DNA of 64,000 nucleotides from a virus. Its lineage: Duplodnaviria; Caudoviricetes. The first letter of the stretch is position 1, and each line of letters begins with the position of its first letter. Both the position numbers and the translations under genes were made by a program. The stretch spans positions 1-64,000 of the IMG/VR virus record IMGVR_UViG_2910903598_000004, one strand, 5' to 3'. Positions 19,174 to 29,134 of the stretch are shown one piece after another. A model generated the notes under the pieces. The model was not told where the DNA came from, ran no database searches, and was given only the letters and a program-made list of their open reading frames with translations.

Positions 19174-20460
19174 TTAGAATAAATCACATCCTTGTTTTTT
19201 AAATGCATTTACCTGTTGATTCCAGTTTTCAGAGGTCCAATGATATTGCTCCATTAAGCACTTTTTACAATAAAATTTATTTACATTTCTTCCATGCAAT
19301 TTTAAATTCATGCTTAATACATCTCTTTGCTTTATCCTTGTTTTTCCACACCTGCAGCATGTCTTGTTAAAATACTGTACAGCTACTTCTTTATGAATTC
19401 CTGTGTACATTGCAAATTCATCAATTACCTGTTCTGTAGGTACATTTCTAAATGTACCGCCGTTCCAAGCTTGTGTAAGATATTCATCTAATGTACAATT
19501 CATAACAAGCCATTTCTTATTCTCAATAAAATCTTTTTTTAGAATTTCTCTCCATCGCTGATATCCATTTGGATACCAGTATTTATCCAGAATCCATGTG
19601 GATTTAGAATAGTAAGGACACGCACAATGGCATCCTACTCTGGAATAACCTTTTTTATATTTAGGATTTACGGGAATCTTTTTCCAGACTGTATATAACC
19701 ATACATCCAGTTCTGTCCATTTTCTAATAGGAAGAATCCCTTTCCAACATGTATCATTTCCCCATTCTGCTTTATTAACCCAAACATCTTCATATGCTTT
19801 ACGTGTTAATGATTCGTCATTTCTCATACCCATCCATAGCAGATATGGATGATTATGATTGAGTTTCGATACCATAACACCAGTTTTAAATATTCGGCAG
19901 CAAAAACGAGATCTTCTGTTTGGTATCATATGATGAGATTCCACATATTCATAGAATCCTTTTCTTGGATTCATGATTTCACAGTTAGAAAATCTTTTCG
20001 CCATACGATATGTATCCTTACAATCAAGAGTCGTATTGTTAAATACTGCTTTAGTATCTGGATACAGACTTCTAACCAGATAACATGTCAACATCGAATC
20101 TTTTCCCATTGATACGGGAATGATTGATGTATATTCTTGATATTCCTTCATTTTTTCTTTGATAAGAATTATTGCTTCTGACTCAATTTGTTTCAAATGC
20201 TCTTTCTTCATTTCAATTAAATCCTGCCAGCTTGCCAAATCCACATCTTCTACATTGTCATAATCTTTCAGTTTTCTCAGCTCAGCGGTTGACAAATCAT
20301 TAGAAATAACGACTCTGTAAAATTTATGGATATTCCCATACTTATCGAATCCCTTAATAATCTGTTTATCAAGCCAAAAATAACCTTCTTTTATGTCTGC
20401 TAATTCTTTCCCTGTTACGTCTCTTAAAAATTTAATATATTCTTTGTATATAAGATTCAT
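19174..20460 (-). CDS. PAPS reductase-family (PP-loop) protein with Cys-rich C-terminus
   Basis: SMGKDS, RFCCRIFK, GMRNDES, PIRKW, GYSRVGCHCACP. Confidence 0.85.
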   Translation of the reverse strand: MNLIYKEYIKFLRDVTGKELADIKEGYFWLDKQIIKGFDKYGNIHKFYRVVISNDLSTAELRKLKDYDNVEDVDLASWQDLIEMKKEHLKQIESEAIILIKEKMKEYQEYTSIIPVSMGKDSMLTCYLVRSLYPDTKAVFNNTTLDCKDTYRMAKRFSNCEIMNPRKGFYEYVESHHMIPNRRSRFCCRIFKTGVMVSKLNHNHPYLLWMGMRNDESLTRKAYEDVWVNKAEWGNDTCWKGILPIRKWTELDVWLYTVWKKIPVNPKYKKGYSRVGCHCACPYYSKSTWILDKYWYPNGYQRWREILKKDFIENKKWLVMNCTLDEYLTQAWNGGTFRNVPTEQVIDEFAMYTGIHKEVAVQYFNKTCCRCGKTRIKQRDVLSMNLKLHGRNVNKFYCKKCLMEQYHWTSENWNQQVNAFKKQGCDLF

Positions 20461-20624
20461 ACCAGCCACTAACCGAATCCGGTGAATGGCAACATATGGA
20501 TTGCTATTATGCGAATGAATTATAGTCTAATTCAAACTTATAGCCACGATCTTCAATTTTCCGGGCGAATATCTCTTTTCTCCATCGCCCAACCTAGTTT
20601 CACTAGGATAAGGTATTACTCCTT
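20461..20624 (-). ncRNA. Putative multi-stem cis-regulatory RNA between SD and start codon
   Basis: GC-richer helices cctagt/actagg, gggcga/tcgccc, ccgg/ccgg, gcaat/gttgc, bracketed by atacc/ggtat. Confidence 0.5.
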
Positions 20625-20756
20625 TCTCTGTTTGATTTAATAAAATTGTTTCTATAATATTTAATCATAATAATTTTTAAGTGCATGATATGTGTGATCA
20701 TACCATGCACTCTTCTCCTTATGTCCATTAAACTTAACTAATGATGAAATATCGAC

Positions 20757-21002
20757 TTATATTAGTTTGTCTGGATGCTCAATATCTCTAACAGCAAATC
20801 CATCCTTCTGTATTTCTTCTAATTCATCTTCTGTAAGTCCAAAAAATGAAACTAAGATATATTTCAGTTCATGAATCTGCCCTAAAATATATCGATCCTC
20901 TGGATTTTTGACACTATCCTTATGTAATTTAGAATATCTTCTCTGATATTCGATCCGTTCCATATTCCAGGAACGTAAAATATTACTGTTTTTGATATTC
21001 AT
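20757..21002 (-). CDS. Hypothetical protein
   Basis: ORF in operon. Confidence 0.6.
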   Translation of the reverse strand: MNIKNSNILRSWNMERIEYQRRYSKLHKDSVKNPEDRYILGQIHELKYILVSFFGLTEDELEEIQKDGFAVRDIEHPDKLI

Positions 21003-21017
21003 AAATACCCTTCTTTC

Positions 21018-21239
21018 TTATTTTGTGTTATCAGAATCTTCCTGTTCCAAAATCTTATGAATTTCATCTTCTAAACGCCAGTATTCAGCACCGTAAATTC
21101 TTGCATTATTACCGCCGTCATGTCTTTCTTTTTCTTCTGCGGAATCCTCACATGGAATAGAAATATCCTTTTCTTCCAAAAGCTGCTCAAATTGATCAAT
21201 GATCTCTAAGCACATTTTTTGTCTTTTTTCTTTCTTCAT
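21018..21239 (-). CDS. Hypothetical protein
   Basis: AAGGAG RBS. Confidence 0.65.
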   Translation of the reverse strand: MKKEKRQKMCLEIIDQFEQLLEEKDISIPCEDSAEEKERHDGGNNARIYGAEYWRLEDEIHKILEQEDSDNTK

Positions 21240-21259
21240 TATTTAATCTCCTTTTAATA

Positions 21260-21691
21260 TTATTCTAAAATCAGTTTGTAATCATGAGTGATTGGTAAAT
21301 GATAATATTCATCTGTATCTGAAAAATGAAATACCATCTGTTGTAACCAAAATCCCACATCTTCTTTTCTGCCAGAAAAATTTTCAATAAATATTTGAAT
21401 TTCTTCAATTTCTGCACCTTTTAAGGACTCTCTCTTTACAGAATCAGAAATTGTATGTCCTTCTTCCTCTGCATCAAAATAGACATTCCTTAACTCTGCA
21501 TGAATATCTTTCGGCATTTGTTTTTTTAATGATCTTCCTGAGCCTGATTGATCATCATTCCAAGAATATTCGCTTTCTTCCCAGTTAAGAGAAATTTCTT
21601 CTCCTTTCTTTGTTTTGATTGCAATATAATCAATTGCCGGATAATTTTCAACAATATGATTAACAAATAAATTTAGCATCAAATTTACCAT
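21260..21691 (-). CDS. Hypothetical protein
   Basis: AAGGAG RBS. Confidence 0.65.
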   Translation of the reverse strand: MVNLMLNLFVNHIVENYPAIDYIAIKTKKGEEISLNWEESEYSWNDDQSGSGRSLKKQMPKDIHAELRNVYFDAEEEGHTISDSVKRESLKGAEIEEIQIFIENFSGRKEDVGFWLQQMVFHFSDTDEYYHLPITHDYKLILE

Positions 21692-21721
21692 TTTAATTTT
21701 CTCCTTTTGTAATATTATTAA

Positions 21722-22558
21722 CTACCATATCTTCACATCATCTAAAATTTTTTCCTGTAAAGAATACTGTTTTCGTTTTAATGTAATTGATCTTGCATAT
21801 TTAATTAACATGGTTAATTTTTCCTCAATTTCCTTTTTGAATGATCTGTAATCTTTCGGCAATTTATCAACAGTCCACTGTCTGGAAATCCAATCAACAT
21901 AGGTATATGGATAATCGTCTTTTCCATAACCATATCCTGTATCAATTCCGCCAACATAAAGATCTGCATAGAGATAATTTTTATCTCTTTTTCCTTTTCT
22001 TTCGATCAGATCAAAGCAAAGAGTTCCAATTCTTACACTACCAATATGATCGTGAATTTCTTTGTCTCCGGCAGCTTTTGCTTCTAGCCACTTTTTCGTG
22101 ACATCTGTATGTTCCCATGTATAAGTCTCTGATCTTTTCTTTAATACCTGGCAGCAGTTATAAGCTTTTTTTAACTGTAACAAATCAAAGTATCCAAAAT
22201 GACATTCTTCCAATGGAATCCTCATCATTGTAGCTAGTCTCTTATATGCCATATTTCTCAGATATCTTCTTTGTTTTCCATTGGAACCACAATTCCAGAA
22301 TTCGTCGAAAATACTATGGCATTTCTTTTTTAATGTTCTCATCTGACTGTCTGCTAACAATCCTAGTGCTTCAGTTGGTCTTGGCTCATGTGTTCCAACG
22401 TAACTTCCACACTGCGTACACAAATAACATTTCCCGCTTCCATACGATTTCCCGTAAATAAGGTTGTTGTTTGTGTAGATAACCAATCCTCCGCAGATAT
22501 TACACTTTTTTGGATGTAAATCGATTTTCTTTGTTTCTTTTGTGTTTTTGTTTTGCAT
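21722..22558 (-). CDS. DUF3268-like zinc-finger protein with C-terminal extension
   Basis: CNICG..YLCTQCGSYVGTH..LGLLAD..CHSIFD.FW..CHFGYF. Confidence 0.75.
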   Translation of the reverse strand: MQNKNTKETKKIDLHPKKCNICGGLVIYTNNNLIYGKSYGSGKCYLCTQCGSYVGTHEPRPTEALGLLADSQMRTLKKKCHSIFDEFWNCGSNGKQRRYLRNMAYKRLATMMRIPLEECHFGYFDLLQLKKAYNCCQVLKKRSETYTWEHTDVTKKWLEAKAAGDKEIHDHIGSVRIGTLCFDLIERKGKRDKNYLYADLYVGGIDTGYGYGKDDYPYTYVDWISRQWTVDKLPKDYRSFKKEIEEKLTMLIKYARSITLKRKQYSLQEKILDDVKIW

Positions 22559-22579
22559 GATATAAATTCTCCCTTCTGC

Positions 22580-22630
22580 AAAATGGGCATAAAAAAACAG
22601 ACGATAAAATCGTCTGTATATATGCGTTAT
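22580..22630 (-). terminator. Leader repeat, terminator-only half copy
   Basis: GCAT..CAGACGA/TCGTCTG..ATGCCC just before the RBS. Confidence 0.7.
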
Positions 22631-22800
22631 AATGTTCTTTTTGTTTCAGATATAATTATTTCAATCCACGGTCGGTAATTTTACGGAGTCCGACATGTCG
22701 GAAATACCGACTGTATTTGACCTCATATCCGTAGGGGATATCGATTTCTCCGCCCACTACTACTGTTTCATTTCTTTTTTGATAATTTTTCTCCTTCCTT

Positions 22801-22955
22801 AAATAAAAAAAGGCACAAAAAAAGCAGACATAACGTCTGTTTTAATTTGTGCCTATGTTGGTTGTTAATTTTCTGTTTTTGTATATCTAAAAAAAGTCCT
22901 ATTCCACCTCTGGAATTTTGGAGTCTAATAAAAATACATTTTTATTATAACATAA
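22801..22955 (-). promoter_or_regulatory. Leader repeat, full copy 4
   Basis: TGTTATAAT -10; nearly identical to copy 7. Confidence 0.88.
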
Positions 22956-23007
22956 TTTTCTCCTTGCTCCTAGTATTATAATAATTTTATTTTTACTATA
23001 AATTTTT

Positions 23008-23053
23008 GCAAAAAAAATAACGGTGAAGCTCTAGAAACTTCACCGTTATTTTA
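23008..23053 (-). terminator. Intrinsic terminator
   Basis: aataacggtgaag..cttcaccgttatt + T tract. Confidence 0.8.
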
Positions 23054-23117
23054 AAGGAAATGAGATACTTGTAATTTGTTACAAATATCAGATCATTCTT
23101 CTAAACATCAATACATA

Positions 23118-23786
23118 TTAATGTAAAGATGCTAATGCTGCAAAATCAACAGATGATAAAATATTAAATAATTTTACCATTCTGCTACTGATAGGTCTCT
23201 GAACCTTATCAATTTGCATGAAGTTTTTCTTGGAACGAAGATTTGTTGATACATAATCCTGAGCATCTTTTTCTGTTAAAAAGATCTCCTTATGCAACAA
23301 ATAATCAGCACAATAGAATGCTTTAAAGTCAAACTTATCCTTAGCAATAATTTCATACCATGATAACATTTTGGCAAAATTTATATGATTACCATAAGAA
23401 TCAATCATTGTAATTTTACACAAATATGGGCAATCACTGGTATTAAGGAAAAGTCCTTTGCAGCTATCAGCATATTCGCTGTTTTGAATTTCCTGTTTCA
23501 GATATTCGTACAGTTCATTGAAATTATCAATGATTCTGTCGTTATCTGAACCCTGAATACGAAATTCAAAGCCGTTTGGCTGATGTTCTATGTTACCAAA
23601 GAATGGATCTATGTATTTTCTTACCTGTTCTTTAAGAACATAGTAAGTAGCGATTGCATCATTACCATTACAAGTAATTTCTGCTTTCTGTAGATCCTCC
23701 TGTAGATTTTGCAAAAATAACAATTCGTCAATTGTCATTTTATGCTTATCAACAGTTTCTAAATTTTGTTCCATGAAATTTTTCAT
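23118..23786 (-). CDS. Hypothetical protein, paralog of the N-terminal part of 62663..63667
   Basis: DELLFLQNLQ and KLFNILSSVDF match the paralog. Confidence 0.65.
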   Translation of the reverse strand: MKNFMEQNLETVDKHKMTIDELLFLQNLQEDLQKAEITCNGNDAIATYYVLKEQVRKYIDPFFGNIEHQPNGFEFRIQGSDNDRIIDNFNELYEYLKQEIQNSEYADSCKGLFLNTSDCPYLCKITMIDSYGNHINFAKMLSWYEIIAKDKFDFKAFYCADYLLHKEIFLTEKDAQDYVSTNLRSKKNFMQIDKVQRPISSRMVKLFNILSSVDFAALASLH

Positions 23787-23803
23787 AGTCAAAATCCTCC
23801 TTT

Positions 23804-23960
23804 AAATAAAAAATGGGTACAAAAAAACAGACTTAATGTCTGTCTAATTTATACCCATTGGTTGAAAGTTCTATTTAAATATATGATTCTTAAAAAAAGT
23901 TACACTTCGCCTCTTAGCTTCGCAAATCTAATAAAAATAATACATTGGTATTATATCATA
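23804..23960 (-). promoter_or_regulatory. Leader repeat, full copy 5
   Basis: TTGCTT..TGATATAAT plus both modules. Confidence 0.85.
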
Positions 23961-24072
23961 AGTTCTATAATAAAGCAACATAAAATTGTGCTTAAAAATA
24001 TATTATTTCATAAAATCACTGCCTTCACCCATGAATTTATAATGCTTTTGTACTTGCTCTAGTATGTACAGA

Positions 24073-24587
24073 TTAGTAACTAATATCAATATTTTTCTTA
24101 ATAAAAGAACAAAAGCTATGCAAATTTTTCTTCTCAACATCGTTTAGTTCCGCACCTTTTCTCGCAGCACGTTTTACCAATGATTTTACATTATTTGATT
24201 CAACGTATCGATTTAAAGAAACAGGAATCGTAAAAATATCATCATCTGTATAGCGATTTGCCAGACGATACAGACTGTTTCGCATTGTATTAACATTATC
24301 TGTTCTTCCAACAATCTTTCGATAATTGTCATTCACATCATAAAAATATCCATTGAGCATAAGCTCATCCATATGCAATTCCTACATTAATACCAGTTGA
24401 TTCTTTTCCATTCCAACACAAAATCCGTGACGGAACATATCTCTTGGAACAAGATATAGTATCACATCGTCCTCTTTTTTTGCAAATTTTGGAATAATGA
24501 AAACTGATTCCATGTAACAATTTGTCTTATTGTACAAAGAAAACAATTTCTGATATTTCTGCTTGATTCTCTGATAATCCTTCTCTG
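24073..24587 (-). pseudogene. N-terminally truncated gene with an internal TAG
   Basis: Frame EKDYQRIKQKYQKLF..LVLM*ELHMDEL; TAG at 24382-24384; 5' end replaced by the duplicated segment. Confidence 0.6.
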
Positions 24588-25377
24588 TTCTGTCTGACTC
24601 ATATACTTACTGCTTCCTTTCTTTTATGAATTTTTAAGTGATCTATGTAATTTTTCATACATACTGTCATATTTTCGATAATCCCGAACTTCATTGACAC
24701 TTTTCTCAATTCGTATATCGTGGAACCGACTTTCAATTAATCTAACGATTTCATCAAAGTACGGATCCAGATGTGGTGCAAAAAAATTGTCACTACGACA
24801 TAAAAAAACGACATCAAAATCTTTAATTTTAATGTCAGCTAATGATTTTAATAGTTTTTTATCGAAAATTTCTTCATTTAAATCAAACATCTCTCTGGAT
24901 ATCGGATTGACAACCCAATTGAACTTGAAATGATCTCCATAATCTTTGCATAAATGGGAAATCCAATTTCCACAATCAACATCCTCTGAATCATTAACAA
25001 AATCATGATGTAAATCTACGTTGATGCAACGAATATCTTTATAATGATCATTTTTCTCCATGTAATCATGAATAAGACCGTAGACAAATACATGACTGTT
25101 TGTAATCATTACTTTTGCATCGTCAGCTATACGTTCAGATAATAGCAATTTCTTTAAATGATTCAGTTCATCTTCCAGTATCCCTACTGTTTGAAGTTCT
25201 TTTGCTGACTTTGGATTATTATAATATCCTGACCATGTAAAGATTGTTAACTCAGTGGATAGATCAAGTCCAGCTGGATAGCAATTCATAAGAACATCTT
25301 TTGATACTTTTTGAAAATAATCAAAATCAATACTTAATACATTTAATGTTTGTGACATTCTTATTTATCTCCTTTCC
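24588..25377. repeat. Direct repeat, copy A (partner 29099-29888)
   Basis: First ~250 bp identical, remainder with scattered substitutions. Confidence 0.95.
24624..25358 (-). CDS. UPF0489/arginase-deacetylase-fold protein, copy A
   Basis: VLSIDFDYF, NVDLHHD, DCGNW. Confidence 0.65.
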   Translation of the reverse strand: MSQTLNVLSIDFDYFQKVSKDVLMNCYPAGLDLSTELTIFTWSGYYNNPKSAKELQTVGILEDELNHLKKLLLSERIADDAKVMITNSHVFVYGLIHDYMEKNDHYKDIRCINVDLHHDFVNDSEDVDCGNWISHLCKDYGDHFKFNWVVNPISREMFDLNEEIFDKKLLKSLADIKIKDFDVVFLCRSDNFFAPHLDPYFDEIVRLIESRFHDIRIEKSVNEVRDYRKYDSMYEKLHRSLKNS

Positions 25378-25378
25378 T

Positions 25379-25537
25379 AAAATAAAAAAGGCACAAAAAA
25401 AACAAACAATAAATATCTGCTTAAATTTATGCCCAATAATTGGTATGTTTCTATTTAATTTGTTTTCTTAAAAAAGTTCAGAGTTTGCCTCATGCAATCT
25501 CTAAAGTCTGATAAAAATACAAATATAGTATACCATA
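25379..25537 (-). promoter_or_regulatory. Leader repeat, full copy 6
   Basis: TGGTATACT -10 plus both modules. Confidence 0.85.
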
Positions 25538-25545
25538 TTTAATTG

Positions 25546-25590
25546 AAAAAAAGAAGTGGCTAAACGATTTTTCGCTTAGCCACTTCTTTT
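25546..25590 (-). terminator. Intrinsic terminator
   Basis: aaagaagtggctaa..ttagccacttcttt. Confidence 0.8.
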
Positions 25591-25597
25591 GCAATTT

Positions 25598-26140
25598 TTA
25601 ATGATTTTTTGTGATTGCCATAATTTTTCCTTCTGACTGTAAAATCGAGATTACATCGACATACTGTTCTTCATCGTATTTTTCTACGAGGAATTTTTCT
25701 ACGGATGCAAAATCGTGTATGCTGTTTTCTGTGATATTGATGATAGTAACTACAGCATCTTTATTCTTTTCTTTATGCAGATCGTGCAAGAGTAAAATCC
25801 CCAATTCTGCAATTGTCATTGTCTTGAATTTAATTAAATCTGCATTTTTAATGATTTTCGAATCATACTTTGCAATATATTTATCTGCTTCATACCCGCA
25901 AGCATTTAAAAGTTCTCTGTATGAAACTCCTTGCTCTTCTGAATAAATTGAAATTTTTTTTAGTGTGGCAGGCGTTAAAGGATGATTAAGTTTTGCATTA
26001 AAACATTTGCACATATAACCTACTGATACATCGCATTTTTCTGCAAAAGATTTTAACATTAATTCTCCCTTCGCCTTTTGAAGCAACTTTGCAAATTTAT
26101 CTTTGTCAAATTCAAAATCTGTCTCCACTTTTCTACTCAT
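25598..26140 (-). CDS. XRE-like HTH protein
   Basis: KAKGELMLKSFAEKCDVSVGYM..TPATLKKI..SYRELLNACGY. Confidence 0.65.
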   Translation of the reverse strand: MSRKVETDFEFDKDKFAKLLQKAKGELMLKSFAEKCDVSVGYMCKCFNAKLNHPLTPATLKKISIYSEEQGVSYRELLNACGYEADKYIAKYDSKIIKNADLIKFKTMTIAELGILLLHDLHKEKNKDAVVTIINITENSIHDFASVEKFLVEKYDEEQYVDVISILQSEGKIMAITKNH

Positions 26141-26225
26141 CGCTAATTTACCCTTTCTAAACGTATTTATTTATAAAAAATAAAAGGGAACATTTCTGCT
26201 CCCTTTCTCGTCAATCATTCTTCTT

Positions 26226-26672
26226 TTATAAAAACTTGCGAAGTCTTTCGATTAACTCCTGCTTCTTTACTTTGCAATCCCCATCACTCTGCTGCCATGG
26301 AATCTCACATTCTTTTTCCTTAAGAAATTCCTCAACAACGTTAAGAATTGAAATTGTATGCTCTTCTTTTTCTGAATCAAAGAAATCAACTTCATATTCT
26401 AAAACAAGATCTTGAGCAAAATGATCTGTTACAGGATAAGCATGCTGAAAATTTTCACCTTTAGATGGAGAATTATTGAAAAAGAGATCAATATTAATAT
26501 CTCCCTCATTCATAATCTCCACATTTGCAGTGTCAATCCCATTTTTTAAGATTAGTTCACGTTTTTCTTCACATTTCTTAATAAACTCTTTAATTTTCTG
26601 ATTTCCTGTTTTTGTTAATACGTGATACACCGACGGGCAGCTAAAGTTGTCCGCGGCTTCTTTACGAGGCAA
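26226..26672 (-). CDS. Hypothetical protein whose N-terminus derives from the IS right end
   Basis: First 17 codons lie within the TnpB element end. Confidence 0.5.
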   Translation of the reverse strand: MPRKEAADNFSCPSVYHVLTKTGNQKIKEFIKKCEEKRELILKNGIDTANVEIMNEGDINIDLFFNNSPSKGENFQHAYPVTDHFAQDLVLEYEVDFFDSEKEEHTISILNVVEEFLKEKECEIPWQQSDGDCKVKKQELIERLRKFL

Positions 26673-28390
26673 GTTACACCTCGATGGAAATACACGTTTC
26701 CCTCTATTCCCTGTTACGGGAGTTACTTTTCATTTATGCAGACTTCTTCGCAGAAGTATACACATATTTTGACTTTCCAAACAGTATCCGATATTTCAAC
26801 CGGGTATCCTTTCTGTAACGATGGCTTGCTTTACTGGCAGGACTTGATTCATGTCGTTTCCCATTATAGTGTTCCTGACAGGTACTCTTTGCTCCGGGAT
26901 ACAGATCCGTAAATTTCACAACGTTCGTTGTTTTACATAGGTACTTTAAGTTCTGTCCATCAAACGCATCTGGATATTTTTTACGGATCACATTGGCTGC
27001 ACCATTGACATCCGCATTAAGGAAAGTTCCATCCGCAGATCGATACAGTCCACGTTTTACCCTCTTTCCAGAAAAATAGGCGTGATCATCATCGATGCCA
27101 TAGGTTGGAATAACATCTCCATCCAGAACACTGGCTTTGGATGTATAACTCTCTTCCTGAACAATAACCGGGATCCCGCATTTTGCAGCGGTGTTTGTTA
27201 AAATCTGTTCGAACCGTACAAACGGAATGGAAACAAAACTCTGATTGTTCTGCTTTCCAAGTCTGATCTTCTGTTTCTGGTCTTTGTTATGACCGATCAC
27301 GATCACATCTGTATGATGTCTGACAGCAAACCGGCAGATATACCATGCAGCCCTGTAAAAGATATCCCTGAAAAGATCATCCCGTTTTCGGCTTAACGCA
27401 GATAAGAAATGACTGTTCTTGACCGAATGCCGGCTGTCTGATCCTACGGTTACCGCAGAAAGAAGAGAGGCACGTTTCTTATTGAACCACTGATTCGCTG
27501 CCTTGACTGCACCACCCCTGATCAGAAATGAATGTACGCCAAAGTTGTTCACGACTGCCGCAAGATTATCAACTCCCGGATCGATGCCGATGATACGTTT
27601 CGGTTTCTCTGGAGCTTTTGGTAGTTCCTCACCATCATCAAATGTCACAAGAATGAGATAACAACCATGCTGCGGCTTGATCTCTGTTTTTACATATCGG
27701 AGTCCTGTATACAGGGAAGCTTTTCCAATACAGAAAAGAGTCTCGTTATGTACAAAACGGAGATATGCCCTTCCGTCCTTTTCAACAGAATACTTTGCCG
27801 TCTGATTGGAAAACCATGCCACATACTGAGGATTCTTAAGATAACCGGGCATGTTTGGTCTTTCTTTATACTTTGAAGGATTCTTCCGATAGTCTTTCAA
27901 CGTTTTAAAATATCCTTTCCATGCCGCTGCAACTTTCCGGATGGCATTCTGGTTAAGCTGGCTGTTCATGCTATAATATACTTCATTGTGCGTATATTTA
28001 AAAACAGCATCCAATACATTGTAAGTCAGAAACCATTCCTTTGTTGTGGGATATGGAAAATACTTTGGCTCTTTCGGTTGTTTCTCAGACAGTCCTTTGT
28101 TGTATTTTTCGAGATCTTTCTGATATTTTATATTCCTTGCCTTGTTTGCTTTCTGAATCCCCGTAAAGACGTCATGCAATACCTCAACTTCATTCGGAGT
28201 CCGCAGTTCTGGCGACTTTTTAATTCCCGTCATTGTATTGCGGATATAGAAGTTCGCAGTATTATACATACGTCTGGCATCTGTGGTGTTTGTCAGGAAA
28301 TACTGACAGAATACAGAATTTTTTTGTTTTTTGGGGTTGAATGTCATTCTCCAGGTACGCATTGTACTGTTCCTCCTTTCTTGATATAAC
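26622..28390 (-). mobile_element. IS200/IS605-family element, tnpB only (IS1341-like)
   Basis: Higher GC; right-end hairpin ending TCAC at 26622; no tnpA; left end approximate. Confidence 0.8.
26734..28362 (-). CDS. tnpB: TnpB RNA-guided endonuclease
   Basis: GIDPGVDNL, QEESYTSK, NADVNGAAN RuvC motifs. Confidence 0.92.
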   Translation of the reverse strand: MRTWRMTFNPKKQKNSVFCQYFLTNTTDARRMYNTANFYIRNTMTGIKKSPELRTPNEVEVLHDVFTGIQKANKARNIKYQKDLEKYNKGLSEKQPKEPKYFPYPTTKEWFLTYNVLDAVFKYTHNEVYYSMNSQLNQNAIRKVAAAWKGYFKTLKDYRKNPSKYKERPNMPGYLKNPQYVAWFSNQTAKYSVEKDGRAYLRFVHNETLFCIGKASLYTGLRYVKTEIKPQHGCYLILVTFDDGEELPKAPEKPKRIIGIDPGVDNLAAVVNNFGVHSFLIRGGAVKAANQWFNKKRASLLSAVTVGSDSRHSVKNSHFLSALSRKRDDLFRDIFYRAAWYICRFAVRHHTDVIVIGHNKDQKQKIRLGKQNNQSFVSIPFVRFEQILTNTAAKCGIPVIVQEESYTSKASVLDGDVIPTYGIDDDHAYFSGKRVKRGLYRSADGTFLNADVNGAANVIRKKYPDAFDGQNLKYLCKTTNVVKFTDLYPGAKSTCQEHYNGKRHESSPASKASHRYRKDTRLKYRILFGKSKYVYTSAKKSA

Positions 28391-28395
28391 TCCTT

Positions 28396-28845
28396 CTATT
28401 TGATTTCTGTTACTTTTCCTGTATCTAAATCTACTTCAAATTCATTTTCCAGATCAAATTCGTATAGATACAATAATTTTTCATTAACTGAAAGCTTTTC
28501 TGCAATCGGTGATAAAATTGCTTTTCTGCAATCCAGAACTCTATTTTCATCAACATATACTTCTGCGATATCATTGATAAATTTTTCAACAACATCATCC
28601 CGAATATCATTTTGTGTAAAGAAATGATTCTCGCCTCTGGAAAGTTCTTTCATAAAAAGACCATTCTGACATTCCGGGCAATAACCTGTTTTTACAAATT
28701 CTCTCTCAAAATCATTGAATGATTTTAGTTTTTCTTGGATTAATCCACCATAACAAGCATAACTTTTGAATTCTTTTTTCTGATCTGAATTGATTCTTAA
28801 AAAAGCACTTTTCCCACACATTGGGCAAATTTTATTAATTAACAT
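28396..28845 (-). CDS. Hypothetical Zn-ribbon protein
   Basis: CPMC..CPEC. Confidence 0.65.
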   Translation of the reverse strand: MLINKICPMCGKSAFLRINSDQKKEFKSYACYGGLIQEKLKSFNDFEREFVKTGYCPECQNGLFMKELSRGENHFFTQNDIRDDVVEKFINDIAEVYVDENRVLDCRKAILSPIAEKLSVNEKLLYLYEFDLENEFEVDLDTGKVTEIK

Positions 28846-28885
28846 AATTTTTTCTCCTTCTATTTTGTGAATATTGTTTTCTTTC

Positions 28886-29113
28886 TTACAAATAAACATT
28901 TTTCAACTCTTCTTCGTTTAAATCAATATCGCATAAGAGTTCCCTTATAACTTCCTGCTGCTTATCGTAATCACTATAATGACTCTCAATAAATTGCAGA
29001 ATTGTATCAACCATTCTTTGTTCTTCACCAGATAATGTGAAATTATCTAGGATATACTGGTAAAATGTTTCTCTGTCCATCTTTTCGCATTTGGTAATTT
29101 CTGTCTGACTCAT
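28886..29113 (-). CDS. Hypothetical protein
   Basis: RBS + 75-aa ORF. Confidence 0.6.
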   Translation of the reverse strand: MSQTEITKCEKMDRETFYQYILDNFTLSGEEQRMVDTILQFIESHYSDYDKQQEVIRELLCDIDLNEEELKNVYL

Positions 29114-29134
29114 ATACTTACTGCTTCCTTTCTT

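Noticed and set aside
19174-20460. Dnd/Ssp phosphorothioation system
   Set aside because: Only a lone PAPS-reductase-family gene is present, with no dndA/B/D/E or ssp partners.
26734-28362. Cas12 effector
   Set aside because: No CRISPR array; the IS-type right end indicates TnpB.
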